Assembly (NCBI GenBank): GCA_044229145.1
Contig: JBGATO010000082.1
Coordinates: 1 to 15,502 of the forward strand
DNA: 15,502 nt
Origin: Candidatus Eiseniibacteriota bacterium
GTDB taxonomy: Bacteria > Eisenbacteria > RBG-16-71-46 > CAZEPH01
Direction of reading: 5' to 3'
Every line of letters begins with the position of its first letter. Position 1 is the stretch's first letter. Shown here piece by piece: positions 7,262 through 14,864 of this stretch. The notes below the pieces were generated by a model. The model saw only the letters and a list, made by a program, of their open reading frames with translations. It did no database searches and was not told the DNA's origin. The position numbers and the translations under genes are program-made.

Positions 7262-8008
7262 GTGAAGCCCTTCAGACTGCTGTCCTCTCTGGCCGTCTCC
7301 TGCCTGCTCGCCAGCCCCGCTCTGGCGACCACCTTCGAAGCCACCTCCACGATCGCCTCCAACTTCAACGGCACCGCCGTCGCCGCCGGCCGCACGCTGT
7401 GGTTCAACGCCGTGTGCACCGTCACCGGACTCGGCGCGCAACCCGCCACCATCCACGTGGATCAGTCGACGATCACCTACTCGGCGAGTGGCTCGCCGGT
7501 CACCATCACGGTGCCGGAGAGCGACATCACGTTGACCCCGGGCGGCGCGCAGGTCGCCACCGCGTCGGTGAGCGGCACAGGCGGCTGGATCGTCGACTCG
7601 CCCTCGGGCCTCAGTGGCAACTATTTCATGAACGGTGTCGCGGTGCCGCTGCCCACCGGTTTGCCGGGCGGCATCAATCCCGTAACGTGGTCGGCGCGCT
7701 TCAGTACCACGACGCCCGGCCTGACCGTGAAGTGGAAGTGGGGCGCCGCGATCTACACCAGCTTCGGCGCCACGCATGCGTCGCTCGGCGTCAAGCCGGT
7801 GGATGACAACTCCGCCAGCAGTTACCAGAACTCCGATCACGCTGGCACGCCGGAGAGCTACAAGTCGTTCGTCATCGGCGGTGCCCGCGGCGGCGGCGGG
7901 TCGAACTACACCGGCTCGTACAGTGGCACCGACGCAGTGGTGCTCGACAGCCCGACCGGCACGCTGCCGGTGACCTGGGGCGCGATCAAGACGCTGTTCC
8001 GCCGGTAG
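7262..8008 (+). CDS. Secreted Ser/Thr/Gly-rich, beta-rich protein with C-terminal TWGxIKxLFR motif
   Basis: Sec signal peptide MKPFRLLSSLAVSCLLASPALA with an AxA cleavage site. The mature domain contains IASNFNGT..LWFN, WKWGAAIY, LGVKPVDD, NSDHAGTPE and GGARGGGGSNYTGSYSGT, and ends PTGTLPVTWGAIKTLFRR. Strong GC3 bias and a GGGAG RBS. Confidence 0.9.
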   Translation: MKPFRLLSSLAVSCLLASPALATTFEATSTIASNFNGTAVAAGRTLWFNAVCTVTGLGAQPATIHVDQSTITYSASGSPVTITVPESDITLTPGGAQVATASVSGTGGWIVDSPSGLSGNYFMNGVAVPLPTGLPGGINPVTWSARFSTTTPGLTVKWKWGAAIYTSFGATHASLGVKPVDDNSASSYQNSDHAGTPESYKSFVIGGARGGGGSNYTGSYSGTDAVVLDSPTGTLPVTWGAIKTLFRR

Positions 8009-8022
8009 ACGTCCGCACATGA

Positions 8023-8058
8023 CGAAGGCCCCGCGTCGCAACCGACGCGGGGCCTTCG
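8023..8058. terminator. Perfect 16-bp hairpin between convergent genes; probable bidirectional terminator
   Basis: CGAAGGCCCCGCGTCG-CAAC-CGACGCGGGGCCTTCG, 14 nt after the stop at 8008 and about 55 nt after the aspS stop. The U-tracts are weak on both strands. Confidence 0.8.
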
Positions 8059-8112
8059 CACATCCATCGCCTGAGGCGCCTACTCCAACGCCGCCGTCAC
8101 CGCCGCCTTCGC

Positions 8113-9909
8113 CTACGCATCGAGCTCGATGTGCAGCACATCGAGATCCCGCGTGTCGACGTGCCCCGGCGCGCCGTCCATCAGCGACGTCGCGCGCGCC
8201 GTCTTCGGAAACGCGATGGTGTCGCGGATCGAGTCGCGGCCGGCCAGCAGCATGATGATGCGGTCGACGCCGAGCGCGATGCCACCGTGCGGCGGCGCGC
8301 CGTAGTCGAGCGCCTCGAGCAGGAAGCCGAACTTCTCCTTCGCGTCCTCCTCGCTCAGCCCCACGACCTTCATCACGCGGCGCTGCAACTCGGACGAGTG
8401 GATACGGATCGAGCCGGAGCCGAGTTCGGTGCCGTTCAGCGCCAAGTCGTACTGGCGGCAGTACACCGCGCCCGGGTCGGTCTCGAGCTTGTCGACGTCT
8501 TCGTCCTTCGGCATGCAGAACATGTGGTGCGCGGGCGACCAGGTGCCGGTCGCCTCGTCGTGCTCGAACAGCGGGAAGTCGCGGATCCACGCGAAGCGCA
8601 GGTCGAGCGGGTCCGGGTTGTAGATCTTGCGCCCGAGTTCGAGGCGCACCGCGCCGAGCGACTTCTGCACGACGGCTTTGGCGCCGGCGCCGAACAGCAG
8701 CGTGCCGCCGTGTTCCGCGCCGGTCGCGGCGACCAACTCCTCCGCCGTGCCGCCGGTGAAGAACTTCGCCACACCGCCGTCGAGCGCGCCGGCATCGGTG
8801 ACACGCGCCCACGCCAGGCCGCCGGCGCCGTGCGTCTTCGCCAGCGCCTCGAGGCCTTCGATGTCCTTGCGCGAAAGCGGATGCGAGGCCGGCACGGCCA
8901 GCGCGCACACCGCACCGCCGCCCTCCAGCGCCTTCTTGAAGATCCCCGCCTCCGAGCGTCCCGCCACGGCCGCGACGTCCTGCAGCTCGAGCCCGAAGCG
9001 CATGTCCGGCTTGTCCGAGCCGAAGCGCGCCATGGCCTCCGCGTACGAGATGCGCGGGAACGGCAGCGTGTACTTCGCGCCCGGCACTTCCTGGAGCACC
9101 GAGGCGAACACGCGCTCGATGACGCCCCACACGTCGTCCTCGCCAACGAAGGTCATCTCGAGGTCGATCTGCGTGTGCTCGGGCTGGCGGTCGGCGCGCA
9201 GGTCCTCGTCGCGCAGACAGCGCGCGATCTGGAAGTAACGGTCGAAGCCGGCGATCATCAGGATCTGCTTGTACAGCTGCGGCGATTGCGGCAGCGCGTA
9301 GAAGCGGCTCGGGTGCAGACGCGACGGCACGATGAAGTCGCGCGCGCCTTCCGGCGTCGGACGCACGAGCAGCGGCGTCTCGATCTCGTTGAAGCCCTCG
9401 TGGCTCAGCGCCTCGCGCACGCGGAACAGCACCCGGTGACGCAGGCGCAGCGTGTTCTGCAGCGCGGCGCGCCGCAGGTCGAGATAGCGGAAGCGCAGAC
9501 GCAGGTCCTCGTCGACGCGGTCGGCGGTCTCGTCGTCGTTGATCGGGAACGGCAGGTTCTTGCAGGTGGCGAGCAGCGTGAGCGAGGTCGCGCGCACTTC
9601 GATCTCGCCGGTGGCGAGCTTCGCGTTCACCAACCCGCTCGGCCGCGGCCGCACCTCGCCCTCCACCGCGACGACGTACTCCGTGCCGAGAGAGCGCGCG
9701 GTCTCGAGCACCGCCGCGTCGACGTTCTGCGGTTCGATGACGACCTGCGTCAAGCCGCTGGCGTCGCGCAAGTCGACGAACACCACGCCGCCGTGGTCGC
9801 GCACGGTGTGCACCCAACCGAGCAGCGTCACAGCGTGGCCGGCATCGGTGGCGCGCAGAGCACCGCACAAGTGAGTCCGGCGCGTCGCGCCGAGAGGGCT
9901 GACCGTCAT
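8113..9909 (-). CDS. aspS: Aspartate--tRNA(Asp/Asn) ligase, bacterial type with GAD insert
   Basis: RTHLCG, RDHGGVVFVDLRD, LRFRYLDLRR, TPEGARDF, FYALPQSPQLYKQILM, RDEDLRADRQPEHTQID, ELGSGSIRIH, YGAPPHGGIALGVDR, IAFPKT. ATG at 9909 with GGAAGGAGAG upstream. Confidence 0.98.
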   Translation of the reverse strand: MTVSPLGATRRTHLCGALRATDAGHAVTLLGWVHTVRDHGGVVFVDLRDASGLTQVVIEPQNVDAAVLETARSLGTEYVVAVEGEVRPRPSGLVNAKLATGEIEVRATSLTLLATCKNLPFPINDDETADRVDEDLRLRFRYLDLRRAALQNTLRLRHRVLFRVREALSHEGFNEIETPLLVRPTPEGARDFIVPSRLHPSRFYALPQSPQLYKQILMIAGFDRYFQIARCLRDEDLRADRQPEHTQIDLEMTFVGEDDVWGVIERVFASVLQEVPGAKYTLPFPRISYAEAMARFGSDKPDMRFGLELQDVAAVAGRSEAGIFKKALEGGGAVCALAVPASHPLSRKDIEGLEALAKTHGAGGLAWARVTDAGALDGGVAKFFTGGTAEELVAATGAEHGGTLLFGAGAKAVVQKSLGAVRLELGRKIYNPDPLDLRFAWIRDFPLFEHDEATGTWSPAHHMFCMPKDEDVDKLETDPGAVYCRQYDLALNGTELGSGSIRIHSSELQRRVMKVVGLSEEDAKEKFGFLLEALDYGAPPHGGIALGVDRIIMLLAGRDSIRDTIAFPKTARATSLMDGAPGHVDTRDLDVLHIELDA

Positions 9910-9963
9910 CGCATCTCTCCTTCCGTGCCGGCCGCGCATCCCGCGCGCGCCGGCCGTCGCATC

Positions 9964-11247
9964 CTACGCGCCGAGCAGGTTCGCCAGCGCGTCGTCGAGA
10001 CGCGCCTCGTCCACCGGATTCTGCTCGCCGCTCGTCATGTCCTTGAGCGCCAAGGCGCCGTCGCCGGACTTCGCATCGAAAATGAGCGCGACCCGCGCGC
10101 CACGCTTGCCGGCCGCCTGCAACTGCTTGCCGAAGGCGCGCTTCTGCACGTCGACGTCGACGCTCCAGCGCTGGCGCAGCCGCCGCGCCAACGCCAGCGC
10201 GCGCGGCCGCAGCTCGTCGGCGCCACACACGATGGCGATGTCGAGCGTGTCGGCGCCCCACGGCGGCGTCGAGCCCTCGCCGAGCGTCGACTGAATCGCC
10301 AGCAGCATGCGGTCGATGCCGGCCGCGTAGCCGACCGACGGCGTCGCCGGGCCGCCGAGTTGCTCGACCAGGCCATCGTAGCGTCCGCCGCCGAACAGCG
10401 CGGTCTGCGCGCCCTGCGCGCCATAGTGCACTTCGAACACCGTCCGCGTGTAGTAGTCGAGCCCGCGCACCAGATCGTCGCTGATCGCGTAGCGCACGCC
10501 GAGCGTGTCGAGCAGCGAGAGCACCTCGGCGAAGTGCGTCGCACACGGCTCGCAGAGCGACTGGCGCGGCGGCGGCACGGTGGCGGCGAGCGCGCGGCAC
10601 GACGGCACCTTGCAATCGAGGATGCGCAGCGGCCGCGTCTCGAACCGCCCGCGGCAATCCGGACATAGCTCGGCGAGGCGCGGACGCAGCGTGTCGCGGA
10701 TTGCATCCTCGTACGCCGGGCGGCATGCGGCGTCGCCCACGCTATTCACCATCACGGTGGTGTCGTGCAAGCCGTACGCGGCAAGCATGTCGGCGGAAAG
10801 CGCGATCACTTCGGCGTCGGCGGCCGGATACGGCGAACCGAACATCTCGACGCCGACCTGATCGAACTGGCGGTATCGGCCCGCCTGCGGCCGGTCGTAG
10901 CGGAACATCGAGCCGACGTAGAACAGCCGCGTCATGGCGCCCGGCGCGAGCAGACCATTCTCCAGCACCGCGCGCACCACCGGCGCCGTGCCTTCGGGCC
11001 GCAGCGTCATCGAGCGGCCTTTGCGGTCGGCGAACGTGTACATCTCCTTACCGACGATGTCGGTGGCCTCGCCGACCCCACGCGTGAACAGCTCGGTCGA
11101 CTCGAAGATCGGCGTGCGGATCTCGCGGAACCCGGCGCGCGACGCGAGACCCCGAAACGTCGTCTCCATCCACGCCCAGGCGCGAGACGTCTCGCCGAGC
11201 AAATCGCGGGTCCCGCGCGGGGCGCGGAGCTGCGGAATCGATGCCAT
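9964..11247 (-). CDS. hisS: Histidine--tRNA ligase
   Basis: PRGTRD, IRTPIFE, TDIVGKEMY, LRPEGTAP, RPQAGRYRQF, LVRGLDYYTRTVFE, GGGRYDGL; GGAGGAG RBS; adjacent to aspS. Confidence 0.98.
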   Translation of the reverse strand: MASIPQLRAPRGTRDLLGETSRAWAWMETTFRGLASRAGFREIRTPIFESTELFTRGVGEATDIVGKEMYTFADRKGRSMTLRPEGTAPVVRAVLENGLLAPGAMTRLFYVGSMFRYDRPQAGRYRQFDQVGVEMFGSPYPAADAEVIALSADMLAAYGLHDTTVMVNSVGDAACRPAYEDAIRDTLRPRLAELCPDCRGRFETRPLRILDCKVPSCRALAATVPPPRQSLCEPCATHFAEVLSLLDTLGVRYAISDDLVRGLDYYTRTVFEVHYGAQGAQTALFGGGRYDGLVEQLGGPATPSVGYAAGIDRMLLAIQSTLGEGSTPPWGADTLDIAIVCGADELRPRALALARRLRQRWSVDVDVQKRAFGKQLQAAGKRGARVALIFDAKSGDGALALKDMTSGEQNPVDEARLDDALANLLGA

Positions 11248-11262
11248 GCCTCTCCTCCCCGG

Positions 11263-11733
11263 TTACGACGCGCCGGCGCCGGGCGCACGGCGCGGCCAGT
11301 GCCGCCAGGCCAGCCAGACCACTGCGGCGGCGACGCACACCGCCGTCATGTCCGTGAGCAAATCGAGCACATCGGACGAGCGGCCCGGCACCGCCGATTG
11401 ATACAACTCGTCGCAGGCGCCTGTCACCCACGCCGTCAGCACACCGTAGCGCAACGCCCGCCCGGCATTGCCCGGCGCAGCGGTCCGCACCATCGCGTTC
11501 ACCAGCAAGAGGCCGTACGTGCCGTACTCGGCGAAGTGCAGGAACTTGTCCTCGTAGCTAAACAGCGACGCGAACGCCGGCGCCGGCCCCGACGACATGT
11601 AGAAGATCACACAGGCGAACAGCAGCGCCGGCAGCCAATAGAGCAGGAACGACCGCGCCGCGCCCGGCATCGAGCCGGACGCGGCGGGGGCCACTGCCGC
11701 CGTGCGGCGGCTCGGCGCCGCCGCACGGGTCAT
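11263..11733 (-). CDS. VanZ-family membrane protein
   Basis: WLPALLFACVIFYMSS, DKFLHFAEYG, GACDELYQSAVPGRSSDVLDLLTD are typical VanZ-like motifs. The start may be a downstream Met (MPGAARS). Confidence 0.9.
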   Translation of the reverse strand: MTRAAAPSRRTAAVAPAASGSMPGAARSFLLYWLPALLFACVIFYMSSGPAPAFASLFSYEDKFLHFAEYGTYGLLLVNAMVRTAAPGNAGRALRYGVLTAWVTGACDELYQSAVPGRSSDVLDLLTDMTAVCVAAAVVWLAWRHWPRRAPGAGAS

Positions 11734-11760
11734 CGCAGGGGGTCATCGCCCAGGTGCACA

Positions 11761-12990
11761 TCAGGCATACGCGTGCAGGCCGCCCAAGAACGTATTGCCG
11801 AACAGCGTGAACAGCGCGCACAGGAATCCCAGCACCGCGAGCACTGCGGTGCCGCGGCCGCGCCAGTCGCGTGCGAGGCGGGCATGCATGTAGCCCGACA
11901 TCACCAGGAACACGATCAACGCGCCCACCTCCTTCGGGTCGAAGCCCCACGCGCGGCCCCACGCGTCGTACGCCCACATGGCACCGAACGCGGTGCCAAT
12001 TCCCCACACCGGGTACCCGATCGATGCGGCGCGGTACCCCACCTCGTCGAGCATGTCTTCGCTCGGCAGGAACGGCCGCACGTAGTTCGACATCCGGTTG
12101 ACCAGCGGCAGCAGCACGAGGCCGATGACGACCATCGAGCCGATGTACGGCAAGAAGACGAGCGCCTGCTGGCCTTGCGGCGCCTGCAAGTAGTTCCACG
12201 ACGGCACCGCGCGCATGATCGCGGTGACCGTGGAGCCGAGCAAGAACGCCATCACGGTGCCGGCAAAGATCTCGCCAGCCAGCCCGGCATGCGCCTCGGT
12301 CTTCCCGACGCGCAGCCACACCAGGATCCAGAAGGCCGGCACGCCGAACAGCGACGCCACGCCCAGAATCGCCATGACCTTGAAGAAGAACGTCGGGCCG
12401 GCGTAGTGCGTGGCGAGGATGATGAGCGTCCCCACCGCCAATCCGAATACCGTGGCGATCACCGCCTGCGTCGCGAGCTGGTTGCGCACCGCGACCGGCG
12501 TCTTCTGCGGCACGTAGGTGCGCAGCAGGTAGAGCAACCCGGCGGCGAATGAGGTGGCGAAGGCCCCGGTGCCGAACACGATCGTCGGCACATGGATCTT
12601 GATCCAGTAGCTCTGGAGGGCAGGCACCAGTTGTGGCGTAAACTGCATGGGGAAGATGCTCGCCAGCACCATGATGAGGAACGCCAGCGGCGCGACGAAC
12701 GCCCCGACGTACGATTGCTTCATCTTGATCACTAGCAAGCCGAGATAGACGATCGAGATCGACCACGCCAGGCACCGCAGGTACTCGTGCATGTTCGAGA
12801 TCGGGAAGTGGCCATCCATCTTCCAGCGAATCAGCTGCCCGACGCTGAGCACCGCGAAGCCGAGCGCCAACAGGAACACGGCGACGCGCGCGAACATCTG
12901 CTTACGTGCCGCGAGGAACCCGCCGTAGCTCACCGTCGCGCCGGCGTACAGACCGAAGGCACCCCAGAAGTACGGGAGATCGTTGTTCAT
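11761..12990 (-). CDS. ccsA: System II cytochrome c biogenesis protein CcsA/ResC (heme-handling WWD protein)
   Basis: GHFPISNMHE, LVPALQSYWIKIHV, LDEVGYR, GAMWAYDAWGRAWGFDPKE, YMHAR, GLHAYA; multiple TMs; ATGA overlap with the upstream gene; AGGAGG RBS. Confidence 0.95.
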   Translation of the reverse strand: MNNDLPYFWGAFGLYAGATVSYGGFLAARKQMFARVAVFLLALGFAVLSVGQLIRWKMDGHFPISNMHEYLRCLAWSISIVYLGLLVIKMKQSYVGAFVAPLAFLIMVLASIFPMQFTPQLVPALQSYWIKIHVPTIVFGTGAFATSFAAGLLYLLRTYVPQKTPVAVRNQLATQAVIATVFGLAVGTLIILATHYAGPTFFFKVMAILGVASLFGVPAFWILVWLRVGKTEAHAGLAGEIFAGTVMAFLLGSTVTAIMRAVPSWNYLQAPQGQQALVFLPYIGSMVVIGLVLLPLVNRMSNYVRPFLPSEDMLDEVGYRAASIGYPVWGIGTAFGAMWAYDAWGRAWGFDPKEVGALIVFLVMSGYMHARLARDWRGRGTAVLAVLGFLCALFTLFGNTFLGGLHAYA

Positions 12991-14864
12991 GCATCCTCCT
13001 TCGCCGCGCCCATGCTCGAGGCCATCTCTTGCGCCAGGGCGTGGAAGTGTTGCTCGAAACCGCGCTTGTTCTTGTACGTCCGACCTGCCATCCGTACCAC
13101 CGTGCCCGCCGACGGGTCCGCATCCACGCGGACGAAGACCTGACGGTGCGTGTAGAGGACGGTCATGGGCAGCAACCCAAGACCGAACACGATGAAGCCG
13201 ATGAGCAACAGGGGCGCTCCGGGGTTCTTCGCCACCTGCAATCCGGTCACATACGACGGCTTGTAGCCGAGGAACTGTACCAGGACATTCGACGCTTGGG
13301 CGAACGGCGCGTCGGTGTTGAGGAACGTCCAGCCTTCGCTGACCTTCTTCCCGTCCTTGTACAGCTCGGCGTACACCGCCGGATTGTTGGGGTCCAGCGA
13401 CTGCGAGAACACGTTGCCCTGTCCGTCCTGCGCGAAGTCGCTGACGTAGCGCAGCAGCTTGACGCCGTACGGCGTACCGGGCACCGGTTGCTCCGCGCCG
13501 AGCGGCAGCGCCACCGGCTCGCTCAGCGGCGTCATGCCGCCCTGCATCTGCTGCTGCAAGCGCAGCATCGGCGGCATCGCCGCGAGGCGCTTGAGCTCTT
13601 CGCCCTGCGGGCCTTGCACCAGCTGCACCTTCACGCTCGCGAAGCCGTTCGGGTTGTCGGCCGGCGGTGCGTAGTCGAGGAACTTCACCTCGATCTCGTG
13701 CGGCACGATGTGGATGTCCATGTTGCGGAAGATCCAGTCGTCGAACAGCTTCTTCCCGTTCTGGTAGACCTCGATTTGCACCGCCGGATTGTTGGCGATG
13801 TCGGAGCGCGACGACACCTCGCGCGTCGTCTGGTCCACCTGGAAGTCGGGCACGAAGCGCGTCGCCTTCACGCTGTATGGCGTCCCCGCGACCTTGGCCG
13901 GCGCGTCCATGGTGACCAGGGTCGGCGCGCCGAGCTTCGGTTTGTCGGCGCGGGCTGCCAATTGCACCTGCGCCATGTCGATGCGCTCGGGGTCCTGGCT
14001 ATAGGTGGCCTGGTAGTAGTGGACGCCGTGCACGACCAGCGGGTGGTTCACGCGGATCTTCACGTCGCGCACCTTCTGGTTGCCTTCCCAGACGGTCGCG
14101 TCGGTGATGTAGTCCTTCACGTCGCCTTGCGGCGTGGTGACGATTTGGAAGCCGTGGACCTCGACCCGCGCGTCCGGGTGGCCCGGCACCTTCGCGAAGC
14201 CGCCCGCCGGCACGTTCGCCGGGATGCTGAATGCCGCGATCGCGCCCACCACACCGCCGAGCAGGATGACCTCGAGACCGATGTGGATCACGTACGGCAT
14301 CATGCGCGAGTGCGCCCCGCTCGACGCCGAGTACACCACGACATCCGCCGGATCGCCCGGCCGCTGCACGACGCCGTAGCCCTTCTTCTTCAGCGCGGCA
14401 CGCAGCAGGTCCGCGACCTGCGCCACCGTCTTCCCCTTCACCGCGAATTTCTCGCGGATCGGGTTCACCTCGTACGCCCGCGGGTTGTCGATGTACTTCG
14501 TCTCGTAGGCCATCTTCCAAGCGATCGGCAGACGGTTGATCGAGCACACCACGATGCTGGCGCCGATCAACACCTCGAGCCCGACGTACCACCACGAGTA
14601 GAACGTGTTGTTGATGTTCCAGAACAGAATGACGCGCTGCCAGAACTCGCCGTACTTGGCGGCGTACTCCGCCGGCGACCCGTTCTGCGGAATCATCAGG
14701 CCGATGAACGACCCGACCGTCAGGATGAGCAGCAGCGCCAGCGCGAACTTGATCGAGGAGAACAGGTACCAGATCCGGTCGAGCACTGCCGCGCCACGCG
14801 ACATCCCGTACCCGAGTTCGGTTTCCGATCCGCTCGCCGAGAACTCCCGGTTCTCACTGGCCAT
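12987..14864 (-). CDS. resB: System II cytochrome c biogenesis protein ResB/CcsB (Ccs1-like)
   Basis: FSSIKFALALLLIL..IGLMIPQ, FYSWWY, CSINR, PYVIHIGL (TM His), IRVNHPL..GVHYYQATY, TGLQVAKNPG plus a C-terminal TM. The start is probably ATG 14864 (GGAGG upstream, overlapping the hemA end) or ATG 14804. Confidence 0.93.
   Translation of the reverse strand: MASENREFSASGSETELGYGMSRGAAVLDRIWYLFSSIKFALALLLILTVGSFIGLMIPQNGSPAEYAAKYGEFWQRVILFWNINNTFYSWWYVGLEVLIGASIVVCSINRLPIAWKMAYETKYIDNPRAYEVNPIREKFAVKGKTVAQVADLLRAALKKKGYGVVQRPGDPADVVVYSASSGAHSRMMPYVIHIGLEVILLGGVVGAIAAFSIPANVPAGGFAKVPGHPDARVEVHGFQIVTTPQGDVKDYITDATVWEGNQKVRDVKIRVNHPLVVHGVHYYQATYSQDPERIDMAQVQLAARADKPKLGAPTLVTMDAPAKVAGTPYSVKATRFVPDFQVDQTTREVSSRSDIANNPAVQIEVYQNGKKLFDDWIFRNMDIHIVPHEIEVKFLDYAPPADNPNGFASVKVQLVQGPQGEELKRLAAMPPMLRLQQQMQGGMTPLSEPVALPLGAEQPVPGTPYGVKLLRYVSDFAQDGQGNVFSQSLDPNNPAVYAELYKDGKKVSEGWTFLNTDAPFAQASNVLVQFLGYKPSYVTGLQVAKNPGAPLLLIGFIVFGLGLLPMTVLYTHRQVFVRVDADPSAGTVVRMAGRTYKNKRGFEQHFHALAQEMASSMGAAKEDA

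Noticed and set aside
8023..8058. Palindrome considered as a CRISPR repeat, REP or MITE
   Set aside because: Single copy in the window, and its position between convergent stops is adequately explained by termination.
8131..10668. 845-aa plus-strand ORF
   Set aside because: Antisense shadow of aspS and hisS, caused by the scarcity of stop codons at high GC3.
7214..10726. 1170-aa minus-strand ORF
   Set aside because: Arg/Ala/Gly-rich off-frame shadow overlapping aspS, hisS and the secreted-protein gene; no motifs.
10540..10730. Cys-rich segment in HisRS (CRPAY, CPDC, DCK..C, CEPC) as a novel metal-binding insert
   Set aside because: This Cys-rich insertion domain is common in many bacterial HisRS proteins.
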